Source of the DNA: Nitrososphaerota archaeon
Lineage (GTDB): Archaea; Thermoproteota; EX4484-205; JAAOZP01
Direction: 5' to 3'
Assembly (NCBI GenBank): GCA_011605725.1
Contig: JAAOZP010000004.1
Coordinates: 1-64,000 of the forward strand
Length of the DNA stretch: 64,000 nt
How positions within the stretch are numbered: the stretch's first letter is position 1; the number at the start of each line of letters is the position of its first letter. A model generated the notes under the pieces. It was not told the DNA's origin, did not search any database, and was given only the letters and a program-made list of their open reading frames with translations. Positions 59,940 to 64,000 of the stretch are shown piece after piece. Made by a program: the position numbers and the translations under genes.

Positions 59940-60182
59940 ATGAATCTTAAGAAGACTCATCACCTCGACAGGATTACTATTGACCCGGATGTTATGGGTG
60001 GCCAGCCATGTATTAGAGGCCTGAGGATTCCAGTATCCCTCATAATCAAGCTGATAGCTTCAGGCAAGAGCGTTAAAGAAATACTGGATGACTACCCTGA
60101 GCTTGAGGAGGAGGATGTTAGACAGGCTTTAGAGTACGCTGCCTGGGCGACCACGGAAGCATCCATACCGATAATCCCATGA
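59940..60182 (+). CDS. DUF433 family antitoxin
   Basis: RITIDPDVMGGQPCIRGLRIPV..EILDDYPELEEEDV. Confidence 0.92.
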   Translation: MNLKKTHHLDRITIDPDVMGGQPCIRGLRIPVSLIIKLIASGKSVKEILDDYPELEEEDVRQALEYAAWATTEASIPIIP

Positions 60183-60443
60183 GATTCCTAGCCAACATGT
60201 GCATATCGCCAAAGACGGTTGAGTTTCTGAGAAGCTTAGGATATGAAGTAGATAGGGCTAGTGTGCTTGGGCTCTCAAGGTCAAAGGATCGGGAAATAAT
60301 CGACTACGCGGCTGTGAACTCAATGGTTTTAATAACCATGGATCTGGATGTCGGTCGGATAATTGCCCTTCTTGGGAGAAGAAAACCGTCAGTAATATTG
60401 CTGCGCCTTAGGAAGCCGACTGTCGAGAACATAGCGCACACTA
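60179..60443 (+). pseudogene. DUF5615 PIN-like toxin, truncated at GC-linker TAGCGCACACTA (60432-60443)
   Basis: MRFLANMCISP..DREII..LITMDLD..PSVILLRL; homology ends at the linker while the ORF runs on into the next gene. Confidence 0.7.
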
Positions 60444-60535
60444 TAGAGTTCCACATACTCTATGCTTTTAAGCACCCATGCCGGCAATCTAAAATCTTAT
60501 ATAACAGGTTAGGTAAACATACTCGAGTAGCAAGC

Positions 60536-61093
60536 ATGATGAATAAGGCTCAGCCTAGGGATAGTGGACTGTTGTACGAGTTCACGGCTAACCTTGTTAA
60601 TATCTTTAAGATCCGAGGAACCATTTTAGGAAAATTGGATCTGCAGAAAACCGTGTATTTTATGAAGAGGCTAGGGGTAAAAATTCCTTTCGAGTTCAGA
60701 TGGAATCTTCTAGGCCCATATAGTTACGAGCTTGCGCATTATTGCACCCTCCTAGAGATCAAGGGCTTGCTGTCTTACTCAGGAACCTTCAGGCTGAATG
60801 AGGAGAAGGCTGAGGAATACAGGCTGGACTTACCGAAGGATGTTGCTGAGAAGATTAAACGCTTTTTTGAAGATATGGATGGATTATGTGAAGAAAAGGG
60901 TTATGACAGAGTTGTTTTCATTGAGTGTGCTGCCTCCCTAGACTTCATTAATCAAAACATTACTGCAGAGGGGTCTAGGAAAGATGCTGTTTTCTCCCTT
61001 CTTGAGAAACTGAAGCCTGAAAAGGCAGAGAAGTTCAGGGAAATGAGGGAGGATGCTTGGATGCTCCTCATACGCGAGAAACTGGTTGACTAG
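60536..61093 (+). CDS. YwgA/SocA-like winged-helix protein
   Basis: LQKTVYFM, FEFRW..GPYSYEL; own ATG at 60536. Confidence 0.6.
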   Translation: MMNKAQPRDSGLLYEFTANLVNIFKIRGTILGKLDLQKTVYFMKRLGVKIPFEFRWNLLGPYSYELAHYCTLLEIKGLLSYSGTFRLNEEKAEEYRLDLPKDVAEKIKRFFEDMDGLCEEKGYDRVVFIECAASLDFINQNITAEGSRKDAVFSLLEKLKPEKAEKFREMREDAWMLLIREKLVD

Positions 61094-61118
61094 TAGCCTA
61101 TGATCCTGAGCCTTCATC

Positions 61119-61407
61119 ATGAGTAGAAGGACGTACAAGTATTTTCGCGACCCTATACATGGGTTCATAGAGGTTGATGAGCGTTTTCTAAAAATCATTG
61201 ATTCACCGTTTTTTCAACGTCTACGGAGAATAAAGCAGACCTGGTTTTCCATGGTGCTGAGCATTCTAGGTTCAGCCATTCCCTGGGTACATATCACTTG
61301 GCCGGCATCATAACTGAAAAAATTGATCCAGAAGGGTCAAGAAAAGGGTTGTATTATGAGTTTTATCTTGCGGCGCTGCTTCACGACATTAGCCATAGCG
61401 CATGTTA
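61119..61407 (+). pseudogene. HD-domain dNTP triphosphohydrolase (YwfO/SAMHD1-like), frameshifted and truncated at GC-linker TAGCGCATGTTA (61396-61407)
   Basis: RDPIHG..FQRLRRIKQ / LVFHGAEHSRFSHSLG..AALLHDISH then linker. Confidence 0.82.
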
Positions 61408-61507
61408 ACATTTTCATGGGCCCTAACGTGCTTAAACCTCCCATTTCAATCGAACTATTCTCGGTAATGCTTATATTCACCTTACTGTGTAATTATCGAC
61501 GGAGAGA

Positions 61508-61707
61508 ATGTCCAACAGCACTTTGGAGGAGGTCTTAAAGAGGTTAGGCTTATTCGCAGCAAGGTTGAGAGGCTGGAGGACCTTGTGGAGGAGAGGCTGA
61601 TCGGTTCCGATGAGCCGCTAGAGGACGAGGCTGAGGCGATGAGAGAATACTTGGAGGCGAAGGAGAAGGGAGACGTAGAATACATACCTCTGGAGAAGAT
61701 CGAGTAG
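61508..61707 (+). pseudogene. RelB-like archaeal antitoxin, frameshifted near 61533
   Basis: MSNSTLEEV / LKEVRLIRSKVERLEDL..EYIPLEKIE; upstream of relE-like gene. Confidence 0.55.
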
Positions 61708-61721
61708 GAGAGATAAGCTTA

Positions 61722-61984
61722 TTGCAACGATACCGCGTTTTTCTTGAAAGAAGAGCCCTTAAAGAGCTTGAAAAGATTAAGGGAGAAATGCACGGCAGAA
61801 TTGTCGAAGCCCTGCATATTCTTCAAGACGAAGGATTTTCAAAAGACTCGACATTATAAAACTGCGAGGAAGCAAAAACCATTACCGGATAAGAGTAGGC
61901 AAGTACAGAATACTGTTTGAACTAGCTTCCAATAAAACGATAACCATATATGCTATACTGCCACGTGAAGCAGCATACCAATAA
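61722..61984 (+). pseudogene. RelE/StbE toxin, frameshifted at A4 61841-61844
   Basis: YRVFLERRALKELEKI / LDIIKLRG..YRIRVGKYRILF..PREAAY. Confidence 0.8.
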
Positions 61985-62035
61985 ATCAAAAGAACAAGTA
62001 AATTGGATAGAAAACAGAAAGAGATGGTAATAAAA

Positions 62036-62051
62036 AATACGCGCGCGTATT
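62036..62051. repeat. GC-linker variant, perfect 16-bp palindrome AATACGCGCGCGTATT
   Basis: Terminates a coiled-coil gene fragment. Confidence 0.75.
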
Positions 62052-62334
62052 CGTCCGTTCTTGCATTTGCCTCCTCTTCCTCAAGTCTGTCGATTTGTTC
62101 CTCTAATCTAGAAATATATTCTTCAGCTTTTTCTATGTTATTTTCCCATCGCTCAATATTACTTTCCATCCGTTCTCGCCATTCTTCATATTTTCTCTTT
62201 CTTTCTTCTTGTCGTTGTAACCACTCCTCACGTTTTCTTCTTTTCTCTTCTTTGATCTCTACAATTCTTGATGTCGCTCGATTCCACGCATCACTTAACG
62301 TATCATATATCTCATGCCGTTGGTCTCTGCTCAT
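62052..62334 (-). pseudogene. Internal fragment of a coiled-coil protein gene
   Basis: MSRDQRHEIY..EEKRRKREEW..NARTDEY; the composition changes abruptly at the linker. Confidence 0.5.
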
Positions 62335-62396
62335 ATATACGCCCCGCAACGAGCAGAAGATCATCGAACATGTAAGGAAGCTTTCGCCTTGAGTCC

Positions 62397-62486
62397 TAGC
62401 GCGCGCTTCAATAACGGCTAACGTTTATAGCTGGTTAGCTCTGTCCCCCAAAGAACATTATGAGTGGAACCCCAGCGCGCGCGCTA
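62397..62486. repeat. GC-linkers TAGCGCGCGCTT (62397-62408) and CAGCGCGCGCGCTA (62473-62486)
   Basis: Two intact copies 64 bp apart. Confidence 0.85.
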
Positions 62487-62566
62487 AGATTTTAAACATT
62501 TTTTCAAGCATCGCGCACGAAACGGAAAAGTATGCGTGGAAATACTGGCTTCCTAAAAAATAATTC

Positions 62567-62980
62567 CTATTCTTCAGCATTTGGAGTAACCCAGATTCTT
62601 TTAATCCCCTTAACCCTGTCGAACTCCCTGTCTTCAGAAACTATATTGCTTATTCCGGCTTTCTCCATCGTTGCCAAGTGTATAGCGTCAGAGGGTTTCA
62701 AACCGTACTTTAACAAGTATTTTTCAACGGGCTTTAAATCCTCCTCTTCAACGGGCAAGACTTCAGCGTAGGGCAGCACCGTGTTTTTCAAGAAGTCTAA
62801 AGTTGTTTCATAAGACACTCCATACTTTCTCGATATGTAAAGCACCTCATCTACCACAAGCATGTTCGTAAACAGCTGTTCCTCAAGAAGTCTTCTGAAA
62901 AGCTCTTCTATCAGCCTTCTTTCATCATCCACCATAGCGTTCAAGTATATGAGGAAGCAGGAATCTAGAAAGGCTTTCAA
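62567..62980 (-). CDS. vapC: VapC PIN-domain toxin
   Basis: FLDSCFLIY, VVDEV, LKPSDAIHLA, SEDREFD. Confidence 0.9.
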   Translation of the reverse strand: MKAFLDSCFLIYLNAMVDDERRLIEELFRRLLEEQLFTNMLVVDEVLYISRKYGVSYETTLDFLKNTVLPYAEVLPVEEEDLKPVEKYLLKYGLKPSDAIHLATMEKAGISNIVSEDREFDRVKGIKRIWVTPNAEE

Positions 62981-63249
62981 CCAGTGTTCTCCTCGAACTC
63001 CATTTCTAAATAGGCCTTACTCAGGTCTCCTAGCTTCGGGCTGGAAACCCTCATCCTTCTAATCTTTTCAACATGCTCCTTAAGCCTTTTCATTATTTCC
63101 TCTGGAGAGGGTTTTCCCCTTATCAAGATGCCTTCTGAAGTGGGTTCGATCGAAACTTTCTCTCCCTCCACTATTCCATACCTGTCTCTAAACACTTTGG
63201 GGATAAGTATCTGCCCCTTTTCTCCAACTTTTACCTTGAGTTCAACCAT
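62977..63249 (-). CDS. AbrB/MazE-type antitoxin (VapB)
   Basis: KVGEKGQILIPKVFRDRYGIVEG; overlaps the vapC start. Confidence 0.9.
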   Translation of the reverse strand: MVELKVKVGEKGQILIPKVFRDRYGIVEGEKVSIEPTSEGILIRGKPSPEEIMKRLKEHVEKIRRMRVSSPKLGDLSKAYLEMEFEENTG

Positions 63250-63314
63250 GGTTTCTGAAAGTTATACCTTAGTTGGAATACTTAAACCTTTCCAACTTAA
63301 GATACAGCCAATGG

Positions 63315-63553
63315 GGCGCGCTCTTCCTTTTCCGGAAAGAGGCGAAACCCCTTGCTTCATCTAATAGCTTTCTCCTCAAGCGCGCGCTAACATTACTTTT
63401 TCGTATAGTTTCTCCTCCATTTAACATTGGAAATCAGTAATTACTGCTAATGTTTTCCAGTGCTTTTTCTATAAAAACATACTACGTTTAACAAGTATGG
63501 TGTATAAAAAGGAGTTTGAAGATGTTGTGTTTAGATATCAGTAGCGCGTGCTA
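63315..63553. repeat. Three GC-linkers: GGCGCGCTC (63315-63323), AAGCGCGCGCTA (63378-63389), TAGCGCGTGCTA (63542-63553)
   Basis: One intact copy and two variants. Confidence 0.78.
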
Positions 63554-63584
63554 AACTTCTTAAATAGCTGGAAAGAATAAAAGT

Positions 63585-64000
63585 ATGGATATGTTGACTA
63601 GTAGTCAGCTAGGGGATTTTTTAAGCATTGCTAGGGAGAGGCTTAGAAGTGGAAAGAGAATACCGATAGAAGGGGGAGGCACTTGGGATACGAGAGTAAG
63701 GAAATTTTTCTATGATGAAATGTTTGAGATTCTTAAAGAGGAGTTTGGCGTAGATAATCCCAACGAGTATCTTTACGTGGAAGGGAGGAATCGTCTACGT
63801 GGAGAGAAGCGTGTTAAGCTTTTCGGTTCAGGGCTTTACCCGGATGCTGTGATAAAATTTGACGATGCAATGGTTGCGATAGAGCTTGACGCCGGACAGG
63901 CTGGCAGGCCGAGCGGCAGCAGGATAAAGACAGCGCTGGCTAAAGCTGGAATCCTCGGGCTAACAGGCTGTTTCCAAAGCATTTACGTATTCTTCTTCAT
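63585..64000 (+). pseudogene. PD-(D/E)xK-like protein, partial, apparent frameshift near 63646
   Basis: MDMLTSSQLGDFL.. / KWKENTD..LYPDAVIKF..VAIELD; runs off the window. Confidence 0.5.

Noticed and set aside
60179-61093. 304-aa ORF as a genuine DUF5615 fusion protein
   Set aside because: PIN homology stops at a linker; the following stretch looks like promoter DNA before a separate ATG at 60536
61882-62392. ORFs 61882-62364 (-) and 62003-62392 (+) as complete genes
   Set aside because: Composite of a coiled-coil fragment, a linker and antisense relE; the + ORF is its shadow
27515-63553. GC palindromes as a CRISPR array or integron attC sites
   Set aside because: Only 10-16 bp, spacing from about 20 bp to 10 kb, no cas or intI gene, no R/L box structure
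27515-63553. GC palindromes as library artefacts (restriction/ligation or adapter chimeras)
   Set aside because: Many copies carry transition mutations and length variants and they are confined to the accessory region, which fits in vivo ageing. Not fully excluded without reads.
27515-63553. GC palindromes as transcription-factor operators or the type I R-M target
   Set aside because: They occur between convergent stops and inside broken genes with no fixed distance to TATA boxes; type I sites are bipartite and asymmetric
1-64000. tRNA/rRNA genes or replication origin
   Set aside because: None recognised by eye; cdc6 has no flanking intergenic region with ORB-like repeats. tRNAscan-SE/Infernal would be needed to exclude small RNAs.

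Overview
Archaeal chromosomal window. Evidence for this includes Cdc48, Cdc6/Orc1, NucS, an Sm protein, deoxyhypusine synthase and TATA-type promoters; a TACK-lineage source is my inference. About 1-26 kb is dense, intact housekeeping and metabolic genes. It includes an unusual luxE-luxC-SDR operon and two apparent pseudo-enzymes: a ThrC-like protein lacking the PLP lysine and fused to a PadR-type wHTH, and a DeoC-like protein lacking the Schiff-base lysine. About 27-64 kb is a hypervariable defence/accessory island centred on ppsA. It holds a translationally coupled type I R-M plus membrane effector, Ago partner and short pAgo operon, along with OLD, HEPN-like, NERD and PD-(D/E)xK nucleases, several TA pairs and many gene fragments. 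The most striking unexplained signal is a short palindrome, (T/A)A-GCGCGCGC-T(A/T). I count 11 copies with an intact A(GC)4-6T core and about 17 shortened or decayed copies, all after 27.5 kb. They lie at junctions between gene modules, and at the points where recognisable genes are cut or fused (vapC, tnpB, a ppsA copy, an HD dNTPase, DUF5615). This suggests an undescribed DNA capture, joining or recombination mechanism that leaves a GC linker. No integrase, tRNA, rRNA or CRISPR array was recognised. All motif counts and alignments were made by eye.
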